This document shows, piece by piece, positions 35,998-45,094 of a stretch of 64,000 nt of DNA. Made by a program: the position numbers and the translations under genes. The stretch covers positions 4,530 through 68,529 of the forward strand of contig CAZUMN010000002.1 in assembly GCA_964621955.1 (NCBI GenBank), given 5' to 3'. How positions within the stretch are numbered: the first letter of the stretch is position 1; each line of letters opens with the position of its first letter. The DNA comes from an uncultured Thermococci archaeon. GTDB lineage: Archaea > Methanobacteriota_B > Thermococci > Methanofastidiosales > Methanofastidiosaceae. Below the pieces are notes generated by a model, which was given only the letters and a program-made list of their open reading frames with translations, did not search any database and was not told the DNA's origin.

Positions 35998-36597
35998 TCA
36001 TAATTTAGCTTTCAAATAATCGTCTGCTGTCTTTCTTGTTTCTTTTGAACCACAGTATTTGCACTCAAGATTTCCTTCAAGATTTCCATCCTTATTCTCA
36101 AGAGTTTTCTTGCAAACGCCGCAAACAGCTCTGATTACGCCAAGTGAATCTTCCGCAGTTGAAAGTCTTATTGAATCGCCCTGAGTATCTACAACTCTGG
36201 CCCTAACAATATCTCCATTTCTAAACTCTGTGGAGATTGTTTTTACATACTTTTTGTCAGTCTGCGAAACATATATCCTAGCTTTTGTATTGGCTGAAAG
36301 CTTTTTGTCTGCATGTCCCTCTAATGCAAGAAGGTCCACGTAAACCATTTGTGGTTTAACTGATACTATCTCTCCGTAGACGATATCTCCTTCTTTTAGC
36401 TGAGGCAAAACATTTGTTCTTGAAATAACACTTGCACTTCTTCTTGTCATGTCAAGGTCTAAGTTTCCTACCATTGTGGCATATATCTTTCCATTCTCTT
36501 CATATGCCCCTTCTCCTGGTAAAAATTCTTCGGCAACACCTATGTAGTCACCTGGTATAACAAATTCTCTTTTAGTCTCTACATTCGCTTCCATCAT
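35998..36597 (-). CDS. csl4: Exosome complex RNA-binding subunit Csl4 (S1 + zinc ribbon)
   Basis: FVIPGDYIGVAEEFLPGEGAYEENGKIYA, S1 core GDIVYGEIVSVKPQMVYVDL, and a C-terminal CGVCKK...CKYCG ribbon. Confidence 0.85.
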   Translation of the reverse strand: MMEANVETKREFVIPGDYIGVAEEFLPGEGAYEENGKIYATMVGNLDLDMTRRSASVISRTNVLPQLKEGDIVYGEIVSVKPQMVYVDLLALEGHADKKLSANTKARIYVSQTDKKYVKTISTEFRNGDIVRARVVDTQGDSIRLSTAEDSLGVIRAVCGVCKKTLENKDGNLEGNLECKYCGSKETRKTADDYLKAKL

Positions 36598-37216
36598 AAC
36601 ACCTCATGAATCTATAAAGTTCAACTTCAATCAGTACTTTTCTTTTCTTATGGACTTCAAACATCGCTTTTATTGGAAAATTGAAACTCTCCTTCTCCAC
36701 CAGTTCAAAACTGTTTTCCAACGCAACATTCCTTATGAAATCATAGTTCCCTTTCTTGTGCAAGGAATACACAACATCTCCTATTTCAAAGGCCTTTTTC
36801 AAAAATTTGGTATCCATATTCCTCTTTTTTGTACCAAAAGGCGGGTTTTGAACAATAGTGTCCCCTCGCAGGAGGACGTTTAAAACGTCACCATCCTTTA
36901 TCTCGTATTCTCCTAAGATTTGATTACTTTTTAAAGTTAATGTTTCTAAATTATCGTTTAGAATCTCTATTGCCCTCTTATCTTTCTCTACAAAATATAC
37001 TTTTTTGGCCCCTAATAATAGAGATGCTATACCAAGCCGGCCTGTACCAGCGCCAAGGTCAATTACAGTCTTTCCTTCTACATCCCCTCTGTGGTAGGCA
37101 AATAAGACAATTTCAGCAGCAATGTCACCTGGAGTGGTGTACTGCTCCTCAAACATATCAGGGTCTTCCATCTCCTTTAGATTTGAAAGAAAGATTTCAA
37201 GCTGTTTTTTTCTCAC
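36572..37216 (-). CDS. METTL5-like N6-adenine RNA methyltransferase (COG2263)
   Basis: Motif I VIDLGAGTGRLG. Motif IV IVQNPPFGT. GTG at 37216 (MRKKQLEIFLS) is the likely start, since the track start at 37234 is TTG. Confidence 0.8.
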   Translation of the reverse strand: MRKKQLEIFLSNLKEMEDPDMFEEQYTTPGDIAAEIVLFAYHRGDVEGKTVIDLGAGTGRLGIASLLLGAKKVYFVEKDKRAIEILNDNLETLTLKSNQILGEYEIKDGDVLNVLLRGDTIVQNPPFGTKKRNMDTKFLKKAFEIGDVVYSLHKKGNYDFIRNVALENSFELVEKESFNFPIKAMFEVHKKRKVLIEVELYRFMRCYDGSECRD

Positions 37217-37230
37217 AAAAAGTAAAAATA

Positions 37231-37740
37231 TCAAAGGTATAAAAATCCTACCTTTGATTGAAGAAACTGTTTTAATCCTTTATTTCTCATTAGTATTTCC
37301 ATCAATACGGCTAGTATGATAATTTCAGCAAAAGCCTTCACCAATATAGTGTATACAACAGGTAATGGAAGTCCATATGGAACTTTTAATACTGCAAGTG
37401 TCAGGTACGTTAAGAATGCCTCAGGGAGGTATCCAGCAAAAACTGCTATACCAGGTCTTGTCTTTTTGGAAAGGATAGCAACAAAAATACCCGTTAAGGC
37501 TTTAAAAGGAGGTACAAAAAAATTCCCAAAAGTTATTCCCGGCCATATGCCGACTATAAATCCAGTTATACCTCCAAATATCGGACCTAATAATATAGCA
37601 GCAAGAACTGTACCGATGTGGGACAGATCAAGATAAACATTTGGTACCGGTGTTGGAATAAGTAGTATTGTTCCAAATAGAATTCCTAAAGCTGCAAAAA
37701 TTGCTGTGAAGGCGATATTCTTTGAACTATTAGCTTTCAG
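37231..37740 (-). CDS. Polytopic membrane protein, ECF-transporter S-component-like; no canonical start codon (possible CTG start or frameshifted gene)
   Basis: My own translation of the minus strand gives LKANSSKNIAFTAIFAALGILFGTILLIPTPVPNVYLDLSHIGTVLAAILLGPIFGGITGFIVG...EILMRNKGLKQFLQSKVGFLYL*. It is a 169-codon open frame bounded by an upstream TAA. GGTGAT (37744-37749) lies 3 nt before the CTG (37738-37740). TTTATATA lies at 37771-37778. The gene is missing from the ORF track. Confidence 0.55.
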   Translation of the reverse strand: MKANSSKNIAFTAIFAALGILFGTILLIPTPVPNVYLDLSHIGTVLAAILLGPIFGGITGFIVGIWPGITFGNFFVPPFKALTGIFVAILSKKTRPGIAVFAGYLPEAFLTYLTLAVLKVPYGLPLPVVYTILVKAFAEIIILAVLMEILMRNKGLKQFLQSKVGFLYL

Positions 37741-37806
37741 CGAATCACCAAAAAAAGTAAATTAAAATGATATATAAACATTTGGGTAGATACTCAAAAA
37801 TGGGTA

Positions 37807-39498
37807 TCACATCTCTTCTGGAGCTTTTATTCCAAGAAGCCCTAAAGCATTATTCAGTACTATCTTTGTTGCTTTAACAAGGGATGCCCTGAACTCTTTG
37901 TTTGTTTCGGCATTTAAAACATGGCATTCATGATAAAACTCGTTGAAGCATTTGGCAACATCATAGACATAATTAGAAACAAAGTCCGGCCTGTAATCGA
38001 TTGATGCCCTCTCAACAACTTCGGGAAATTCTGAGAGTAAAGAGACGAGCTTATACTCCTTTTCATTAAGGTCTTCTATTTCAAATTCAGAGTTATAATC
38101 GTCAATCTTATCTAGAATACTCGATGCCCTTGCGTGAGCATACTGGATATACGGTGCAGTGTCACCTTCAAAGTCCAAAGCTTTTTTCCAGTTGAAGATG
38201 ATTCTCTTGTTATTATCCTTCATCATGCTGTACTTCAAAGCACCCATAGTCACTATTTCAGATATGCTTTCTGCATTTGTGATGTTTCTTTCCCTAACTT
38301 GATTTAGCGCCTCTTTTTTCACAACATCCTTTAATTCTGAATACAGTACAACATTCCCTTCTCTAGAGGACATCTTGCCCTCTTCAAGCATGACAAGTTC
38401 ATATGAGAGATGATAGCATTTTTTTGCCTGACTGAATCCCATAAGCTCCAATGTTTTGAAAAGTTGTTTAAAGTAGAATTTTTGCTCACTCCCAACAACA
38501 TATAAAGATCGGTCAATTTTAAAATCCTGAAACTTTCTCTCTGCAAGTGCAAGGTCTTTTGTCGAGTAAAGAGCTGTACCATCACTTCTCAATATGACAA
38601 ATTCATCAAGGCCATATTTCGCTAGATCAACTATGACAGCACCTTCCTTGTTTTTTGCAATACCTTTGTCCAAAAGTTCACGTGCTATTTTGGTGCCTTC
38701 ATCCTTCACTTCACTTTCATATAGGAAGATATCAAAGTTAACCCCAAGCTCTTGATAAATCCTGTTGAACTCTTCGAGGCTCCATTCTCTTGTCATATTC
38801 CAGACATCCATAGTCCGTTTGTCCTCGTCATAGAGATTCTTTAATACGACTTTGTACTCTTCCTGATACTCTTCGGATTCTTTGAGTTTATTGTCAGATT
38901 CAGAGTAGACTTTTCCAAGAAAATCTCCTTTATTGTGTTCTGGTATGACCCCATCATAGAACTTCATGTATCCCCATAAGCACTTGGCAACGTGGGCTCC
39001 GACATCACCTATGTAGTTGGCTCTTACAGTTTCATATCCGGAGAATTCCATGATATTTGCCAGAGCATCTCCAAGGCAGACGTTTCTTAGATGGCCTATA
39101 TGGAAAGATTTGTGGGTATTTGGCTGGGAGTATTCAACCATTACCTTCTCTTTCTTTTTTTCTCCTTTTCCGTAGTTGCCATCTTCAAGAGTTATTATCT
39201 CAACTGTTTTTTTTGAGAAATAATTTCTATCAAAAAAGAAGTTTATGTAACCTCCAGAGGTTTCTGCTCTTGCCACCCCTTCTGGAAGGACAATATTTTC
39301 TGCAATATCCTTTGCAATCTGGATGGGGTTCTTTTTTAGTTTTTTTGCAAGTTCAAAGGATAGCGGTGTTGCAATATCGCCCAGTTTAAAATCAGGTGGT
39401 CTTGAAAAAACTATCCCATAGTCATGTTCCAAACCAACAGCTTTCCTTATTGAGTTTTCCAACTCTTTCTTCAAATTTTTGAGCAATATCGTCCCCAC
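37807..39498 (-). CDS. argS: Arginyl-tRNA synthetase
   Basis: The class I HIGH motif is SQPNTHKSFHIGHLRN. A DALR-type C-terminal anticodon-binding region is present. 563 aa. GTG start. Confidence 0.88.
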   Translation of the reverse strand: MGTILLKNLKKELENSIRKAVGLEHDYGIVFSRPPDFKLGDIATPLSFELAKKLKKNPIQIAKDIAENIVLPEGVARAETSGGYINFFFDRNYFSKKTVEIITLEDGNYGKGEKKKEKVMVEYSQPNTHKSFHIGHLRNVCLGDALANIMEFSGYETVRANYIGDVGAHVAKCLWGYMKFYDGVIPEHNKGDFLGKVYSESDNKLKESEEYQEEYKVVLKNLYDEDKRTMDVWNMTREWSLEEFNRIYQELGVNFDIFLYESEVKDEGTKIARELLDKGIAKNKEGAVIVDLAKYGLDEFVILRSDGTALYSTKDLALAERKFQDFKIDRSLYVVGSEQKFYFKQLFKTLELMGFSQAKKCYHLSYELVMLEEGKMSSREGNVVLYSELKDVVKKEALNQVRERNITNAESISEIVTMGALKYSMMKDNNKRIIFNWKKALDFEGDTAPYIQYAHARASSILDKIDDYNSEFEIEDLNEKEYKLVSLLSEFPEVVERASIDYRPDFVSNYVYDVAKCFNEFYHECHVLNAETNKEFRASLVKATKIVLNNALGLLGIKAPEEM

Positions 39499-39540
39499 AG
39501 CAAAACTAAGTAGAATCTTTTTATCGTTTTTGGTTAAAAA

Positions 39541-40122
39541 TTAAAAATTTAAGAATATCTTTGAAGTGGCTTCTCCCCCTCCAATATTAATATTTAGAAA
39601 CGGGATATTCCCGTCATTTAGAACATAATAGATTACAACTGCGTTTATTATCAAAAGAACGATAACTAAGATAATGAAAAACAGTTTTTTCTTAGAGATA
39701 CTCATTCTTTTTTTTGGCATTTCTCTTCTTCTAAGTGTTCTACCTTTTTCAACCATTGGACTCATAGGTGGCACGTCTCTAGGTTGAGAGGAATCTTCTG
39801 GGTAGAAATCACCTTTCATCCTTTCTGGAATGTCCTCTTCAGTTATGCCCTGTTTTTCAAAACTCTCCTCCACAGGAGACATCTGTTCATCACTTTTCTG
39901 CTCAATATCTACCTCTTCAATAAAGACATCCTTGTTTTCATCTTTTCTAAATATCTCGGCTGGCTTTCCCAGTCTAACATGCGCAATATTTAGAACTCTG
40001 CCACAGTTTGGGCAGGGCTGCTCATCAATACACGTGAAATGAAAGGTCATGTTACAGTAACTGCAGTAACACATCTCGAGATTATCCTTTATTCTTTTGC
40101 TGCAAATGCCACAAGTTTCCAT
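39541..40122 (-). CDS. Membrane-anchored protein with N-terminal C4HC3 (PHD/RING-variant-like) zinc finger
   Basis: The spacing is C4-x2-C7-x12-C20-x2-C23-x4-H28-x2-C31-x5-C37-x2-C40. An acidic linker follows. The C-terminal TM segment is LFFIILVIVLLIINAVVIYYVL. Confidence 0.5.
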   Translation of the reverse strand: METCGICSKRIKDNLEMCYCSYCNMTFHFTCIDEQPCPNCGRVLNIAHVRLGKPAEIFRKDENKDVFIEEVDIEQKSDEQMSPVEESFEKQGITEEDIPERMKGDFYPEDSSQPRDVPPMSPMVEKGRTLRRREMPKKRMSISKKKLFFIILVIVLLIINAVVIYYVLNDGNIPFLNINIGGGEATSKIFLNF

Positions 40123-40233
40123 GATTATTATTTATTTTTTAAATATAAAAAGTTTAGCGTGTGTATTTCATCACCCCTTGCGAATTAACCATAAATCATT
40201 TATATTGAGAAAAATTAAATCATATCAGATAAG

Positions 40234-41076
40234 ATGAAAACAAAAGAACCTTTGGATGAATTGACGATTAATGATTTGAAAAAAAAATCGAACAAAATTA
40301 GAAAACATATAATTGAAATGATTTATTCTGCCAAGTCCGGCCACCCGGGTGGATCTCTATCTTCTGCAGATATTGTAACATCGCTATATTTCCACATAAT
40401 GAATCATGACCCTAAAAATCCTTCATGGCCTGGAAGGGATAGATTCATTTTAAGTAAGGGCCATGCATGTCCTTCTTTATATTCTGCTCTTGCTGAGTCA
40501 GGATATTTTGACGTCAGCGAGTTAAAGAATTTGAGAAAGCCTGAGTGCCTTCTCCAGGGCCATCCATGCACAAAGACCCCAGGGATTGAGATTTCAACTG
40601 GCTCGTTAGGCCAGGGGCTATCAATTGCCACAGGGATTGCATTGGGATTGAGGCTTGATGGAAGCAGTTCTAGGGTGTTTGCATTGCTCGGTGATGGGGA
40701 GCTTCAGTCGGGGCAGGTCTGGGAAGCCATGATGGCAGCCCCTAAATTTAAACTTGGAAACCTCACTGCAATAATTGATAGGAATATGCTGCAGATAGAT
40801 GGACCTACAGAAAAGGTCATGGCGCTTGAGCCATTAAAAGACAAGCTTAAAGCATTCAACTGGCAAGTTTACGAGATTGATGGGCACAACATCCGGGAAA
40901 TAATTGAAACTATTAACGAAGGATTAAAGATCACAGATAAACCGAAGGTTATTATTGCGCATACTGTCAAAGGAAAAGGCGTGTCATTTATGGAAAACAA
41001 TGTATCGTTCCACGGTAAATCACCAACAGATGAGGAATTTAAGATAGCTATGAGAGACCTGGAGGCTATGTCATGA
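40234..41076 (+). CDS. tkt: Transketolase, N-terminal (TPP-binding) subunit
   Basis: SAKSGHPGGSLSSADI...LSKGHACPSLY...GSLGQGLS...GDGELQSGQVWEA. Confidence 0.92.
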   Translation: MKTKEPLDELTINDLKKKSNKIRKHIIEMIYSAKSGHPGGSLSSADIVTSLYFHIMNHDPKNPSWPGRDRFILSKGHACPSLYSALAESGYFDVSELKNLRKPECLLQGHPCTKTPGIEISTGSLGQGLSIATGIALGLRLDGSSSRVFALLGDGELQSGQVWEAMMAAPKFKLGNLTAIIDRNMLQIDGPTEKVMALEPLKDKLKAFNWQVYEIDGHNIREIIETINEGLKITDKPKVIIAHTVKGKGVSFMENNVSFHGKSPTDEEFKIAMRDLEAMS

Positions 41077-42014
41077 CGGGCTTTGGAGTTCCAAGGGATG
41101 CATACGGAGAAGTACTCTCCGAGCTTGGAGAGACAAGAAAGGATTTAGTAGTGCTTGATGCTGATCTATCCTCATCGACAAAAACATCTTCATTTGGAAA
41201 GAAGTTCCCTGACAGGTTTTTTAATATCGGTATAGCTGAACAGAACATGATAGGAATTGCCGCAGGGCTTGCCACCACAGGAAAGACTGTTTTTGCTTCA
41301 TCATTTGCAATGTTTGCAGTTGGTAGAGTATACGATCAGATAAGGCAATCTGTTGCATACCCTAAGACGAACGTGAAGATTGTTGCAACTCACGCAGGTA
41401 TTACAGTTGGGGAAGATGGTGTATCGCACCAGATGATTGAGGATATTTCACTCATGTGTGCACTTCCAAACATGAAGGTCATGGTGCCCGCAGATACATT
41501 TGAGACTAGGAAGACAATAAGGGAAATCTCTTTAGAAAAAGGCCCAACATATGTAAGACTTGGGAGGAGCAAAGTTCCAAACGTATTTGAAAGTGAAGAT
41601 GAGATTAAGCTAGGAAAGGCCACGACATTATTGGACGGGGATGATGTCACAATAATAGCATCTGGTGTAATGGTATCAAAATCACTTGAAGCCGCAGAGA
41701 AACTTCAGAAGGAAGGTATTTCTGCTGGTGTATTAAATCTAAGCACCTTAAAACCAATTGACAGGCAAAGCATCATTAAAGCTGGGAAAAAAACAGGGTG
41801 CGTTGTCACAGCTGAAGAGCATAATATCTATATCGGTATGGGTGCACTTGTTTCATCAATTCTTTCTGAAGAATATCCAGTCCCAGTCTTACGATGCGGA
41901 ATAAAGGATACATTTGCCCAAAGCGGGGACTATGAACTTTTGATGCAGATATATAATCTTACATCAGATGAAATATATAAACTGTCAAAAAACGTTATAA
42001 CAATGAGAAGATAA
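41073..42014 (+). CDS. tkt: Transketolase, C-terminal (pyrimidine-binding) subunit
   Basis: ATGA overlap with the upstream gene. [19 protein letters not shown]...[15 protein letters not shown]. Confidence 0.92.
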   Translation: MTGFGVPRDAYGEVLSELGETRKDLVVLDADLSSSTKTSSFGKKFPDRFFNIGIAEQNMIGIAAGLATTGKTVFASSFAMFAVGRVYDQIRQSVAYPKTNVKIVATHAGITVGEDGVSHQMIEDISLMCALPNMKVMVPADTFETRKTIREISLEKGPTYVRLGRSKVPNVFESEDEIKLGKATTLLDGDDVTIIASGVMVSKSLEAAEKLQKEGISAGVLNLSTLKPIDRQSIIKAGKKTGCVVTAEEHNIYIGMGALVSSILSEEYPVPVLRCGIKDTFAQSGDYELLMQIYNLTSDEIYKLSKNVITMRR

Positions 42015-42039
42015 TTATAATTATTATAGAGGAGATAAA

Positions 42040-42693
42040 ATGAAGTTTTTTTTGGATACTGCAAATATTGAACAGATAAGGGAAGCTGCGAGTCTGGGAT
42101 TAATTGAAGGGGTAACAACTAATCCCTCGCTAATTTCCAAGGAAAAGAAACCTTTCAAGGATATAATCTTAGAGATATGTAAAATTGTCGATGGGCCAAT
42201 ATCAGCTGAAGTTACATGCTCTGATTACAAAGGAATGGTTGAAGAAGCGCTGAAATTATCGGACATTCATAAGAATATTGTTATAAAAGTTCCAATTACA
42301 AAGGAAGGATTAAAGGCAGTGAAGGAGCTATCTGGGCAAGGTGTAAGGACTAATGTCACACTTATCTTTTCTGCAACTCAGGCACTTTTGGCTGCAAAGG
42401 CAGGCGCATCATATGTATCTCCTTTTGTGGGGAGACTTGACGATATTTCAAATGATGGCATGAATCTTATCGCAGAGATCCAGCAGATATACAGGAACTA
42501 TTCTTTTGAAACTGAAGTCATAATTGCAAGCATCAGACATCCAATACACGTATTGCAGGCAGCTCTAATGGGCGCAGACATTGCAACTGTACCTTTTGAT
42601 GTTTTGATGAAACTTATCAAACACCCTCTAACTGATATTGGTATTGAAAAGTTCATGTGTGACTGGAAAAAGGTAGAGCATAAGGAGATTTAA
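42040..42693 (+). CDS. Transaldolase / fructose-6-phosphate aldolase (short TalC/Fsa type)
   Basis: [16 protein letters not shown]...GVTTNPSL...IKVP...SPFVGRLDD. Confidence 0.9.
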   Translation: MKFFLDTANIEQIREAASLGLIEGVTTNPSLISKEKKPFKDIILEICKIVDGPISAEVTCSDYKGMVEEALKLSDIHKNIVIKVPITKEGLKAVKELSGQGVRTNVTLIFSATQALLAAKAGASYVSPFVGRLDDISNDGMNLIAEIQQIYRNYSFETEVIIASIRHPIHVLQAALMGADIATVPFDVLMKLIKHPLTDIGIEKFMCDWKKVEHKEI

Positions 42694-42697
42694 CATC

Positions 42698-43369
42698 ATG
42701 GCAAAACTTGCACCTTCCATTCTTTCTGCTGATTTCTCTAGGCTAGGAGATGACATAATGGAAGCAGAAAATTCAGGTGCAGATTTAATCCATGTTGATG
42801 TGATGGATGGTCATTTTGTTCCAAATATTACCATAGGGCCACTAGTAGTTGATGCAGTTTCAAAGATTACTACTCTGCCGATAGATGTCCATCTAATGAT
42901 TGAAAATCCATCCGACTATGTTGAACTCTTCTCTAAATCTCTTAACAAAAAAAGCAGGGACACTTCTCTTGATTACATCTCTTTTCATATTGAAGCATCC
43001 TACCACCCACACAGACTTTTGAACAAAATCAGAGAGCTTAATGTAAAATCAGGGGTAGCCTTGAATCCATCAACTCCTGTAAACACTATCACTCATCTTT
43101 TGGACTCAATGGATCTACTTATTTTAATGACTGTAAATCCTGGATTTGGCGGACAAAGTTTTATTGAAACAATGCTGCCAAAGATCAAAGAAGCAAAGAA
43201 ACTAGTAAAGGGTAGCGATATAGAGATTTTAGTAGATGGCGGTGTCACTGAAAAAAATATTAAGAAGATCAGAGATGCTGGTGCAGATATACTTGTAGCA
43301 GGCTCAGCAGTGTTCAATAAAAAAGACAGTATTAAAAATAATATTATTCGACTAAAGGCTCTGGTCTAG
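42698..43369 (+). CDS. rpe: Ribulose-phosphate 3-epimerase
   Basis: LAPSILSADFSRLGDDI...HVDVMDGHFVPNITIGP...DVHLM...MTVNPGFGGQ. Confidence 0.92.
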   Translation: MAKLAPSILSADFSRLGDDIMEAENSGADLIHVDVMDGHFVPNITIGPLVVDAVSKITTLPIDVHLMIENPSDYVELFSKSLNKKSRDTSLDYISFHIEASYHPHRLLNKIRELNVKSGVALNPSTPVNTITHLLDSMDLLILMTVNPGFGGQSFIETMLPKIKEAKKLVKGSDIEILVDGGVTEKNIKKIRDAGADILVAGSAVFNKKDSIKNNIIRLKALV

Positions 43370-43802
43370 AAAGCTCATACTCTAGAAGTTCCTTTAACTT
43401 TTCTTTATTTCTAGCCTTTTTTAATATTTCAACACAGAGCTTTCTTTTTAGGGCAAAATATTTCTCATAGGCCTTTTCATCTTCGTATTTAGTTGATAGG
43501 GCTATGTCTCTCCCGCCCATACACCCACTTCTCCTCATACAGCAGTAAGAAAGTGATTTGAAACAGACAAGCTCACTATCCCACTCATGCTCTTTTGAGA
43601 ACTTATCTTTTATCTCAATATATTCTTCCTTTGTGATTCCAAGCTCTTCTAAAGCTCTAGGAAGGCCGCATTTAAATGAAAATGTTAAAGGGTATCCGGG
43701 GTGACAGCAGAATGCAATTGCTCTTAGATCTCCGCCATAGCATATGGGGACGGGTGCAAACTTCCATCCAGGGACCATTCTAGTGTTGTTTGGATTAATC
43801 AT
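43344..43802 (-). CDS. Cysteine-rich hypothetical protein (9 Cys; probable metal or Fe-S binding)
   Basis: Cys-containing segments are ICYGG, FCCHPG, KCG, VCF, YCCMRRSGCMGG and LCV. The gene converges on the rpe 3' end with a 26-nt overlap. Confidence 0.5.
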   Translation of the reverse strand: MINPNNTRMVPGWKFAPVPICYGGDLRAIAFCCHPGYPLTFSFKCGLPRALEELGITKEEYIEIKDKFSKEHEWDSELVCFKSLSYCCMRRSGCMGGRDIALSTKYEDEKAYEKYFALKRKLCVEILKKARNKEKLKELLEYELSRPEPLVE

Positions 43803-43865
43803 TAAAAGAAGGGTTGATAAGAAGTTTATAAGTTTTTGTTTTAAAAAATAAAAAGAAAAATAAAA

Positions 43866-44915
43866 TTAATTTTTTGCTGTTATTACTTTCCAGTTGTTTT
43901 TAACTGCGTAATAGATTGCCCCGAATCCAAGACTTCCTACTACTAGGCCAACAAAGAATCCAAGGACAGGTATCAGCTTTAGAATTGCCAGTATTACGAA
44001 ACCTATTACGAATATACCTATCTCGCTTGTATTAATGTTTAGTCTCTTAGTAACAAAGTTCCCTGTGCAGTACGAAACGAATAGTCCAGAGGTCATTAAA
44101 GCCATTATGAAGAACATTCCAAGTATTGCCGCAATTGGTAGACCAATTACTGTAACTGCGAGTATTACTCCGACAATTACTGTAGCAATAATCAATAGGA
44201 ATCCAATTATAGTTCTTACTATCGAGTCCTTTTCCACTTCTTTTTCGATTGTGAAGAATAGTTTTGGGAAGAGGTGGATTAATAATATTCCAAGAACTAG
44301 CATTCCTATGGCGCAAAGTATTGAAAGTATAGCACCTAAAGATCTCATACCTTTGGAAAAATCTTCTCCTGCAGTACTCTTTTGGTAGTTGAATGTGCCT
44401 ACATTTCCTTTTTCAATTAACTGTTCTGCGGATAGATTGAGTTCCCCATTGATTGTACCTTGATTATCAAATCCGCCTGTGCTAATGTATGCATATCTCT
44501 CAACAACTGAAGTTGAGTATATCTTGACGTTCCCAGCAGCGGCTATGATTTTATCAGTGTTTCCTTTGATTGCTAGATCTCCGCAACCTGCCAATATCTT
44601 TCCAGTTTTCCCTGAAACAGTAGCCTGCCCTGCACCAAGAATAAGTCCGCCAGTGATTTCACCATTTACTGTGACATTTCCCCCGACAACGTATGCGTCA
44701 CCAGTAACATTCCCATTTACAATTACCTGCCCTCCAGCAGCAAATAGATCTCCATTAATATTACCATTCACCGTAACTTGATCACCAGACACAAAGAGGT
44801 CATCATTGACATCATTATCAATAGTGACAACCTTTTGGTCGTCTACATTTTGCGCAGCATATACACTTGGTAATAACAACGCAAGCAATAATAGAACTGT
44901 GATTATCTTTTTCAT
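43866..44915 (-). CDS. Membrane protein with secreted beta-helix (bactofilin-like repeat) ectodomain and polytopic C-terminal half
   Basis: GGTGAT + 4 nt + ATG at 44915. Signal peptide MKKIITVLLLLALLLPSVYA. Repeats DLFVSGDQVTVNGNINGDLFAAGGQVIVNGNVTGDAYVVGGNVTVNGEITG. About 4 C-terminal TM helices. Confidence 0.6.
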   Translation of the reverse strand: MKKIITVLLLLALLLPSVYAAQNVDDQKVVTIDNDVNDDLFVSGDQVTVNGNINGDLFAAGGQVIVNGNVTGDAYVVGGNVTVNGEITGGLILGAGQATVSGKTGKILAGCGDLAIKGNTDKIIAAAGNVKIYSTSVVERYAYISTGGFDNQGTINGELNLSAEQLIEKGNVGTFNYQKSTAGEDFSKGMRSLGAILSILCAIGMLVLGILLIHLFPKLFFTIEKEVEKDSIVRTIIGFLLIIATVIVGVILAVTVIGLPIAAILGMFFIMALMTSGLFVSYCTGNFVTKRLNINTSEIGIFVIGFVILAILKLIPVLGFFVGLVVGSLGFGAIYYAVKNNWKVITAKN

Positions 44916-45094
44916 GTTTATCACCGCCTCAAATTATAATAATTGATTTATATGGTTTACTTAAATATTTTACATAGTAATATATTTTCACAATAGATGC
45001 TCCAATCTCTAAAACAATCAAAACCTTTATAAATAAATGATAGAGTTTAATAGTAGCACGAATATTCAATTCGTATTACTAGGGGGCGATTATT

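Noticed and set aside
37316-37636. 106-aa plus-strand ORF in the argS/METTL5 spacer
   Set aside because: The opposite strand encodes a far more convincing 169-codon polytopic membrane protein. The plus-strand product has no features and no SD.
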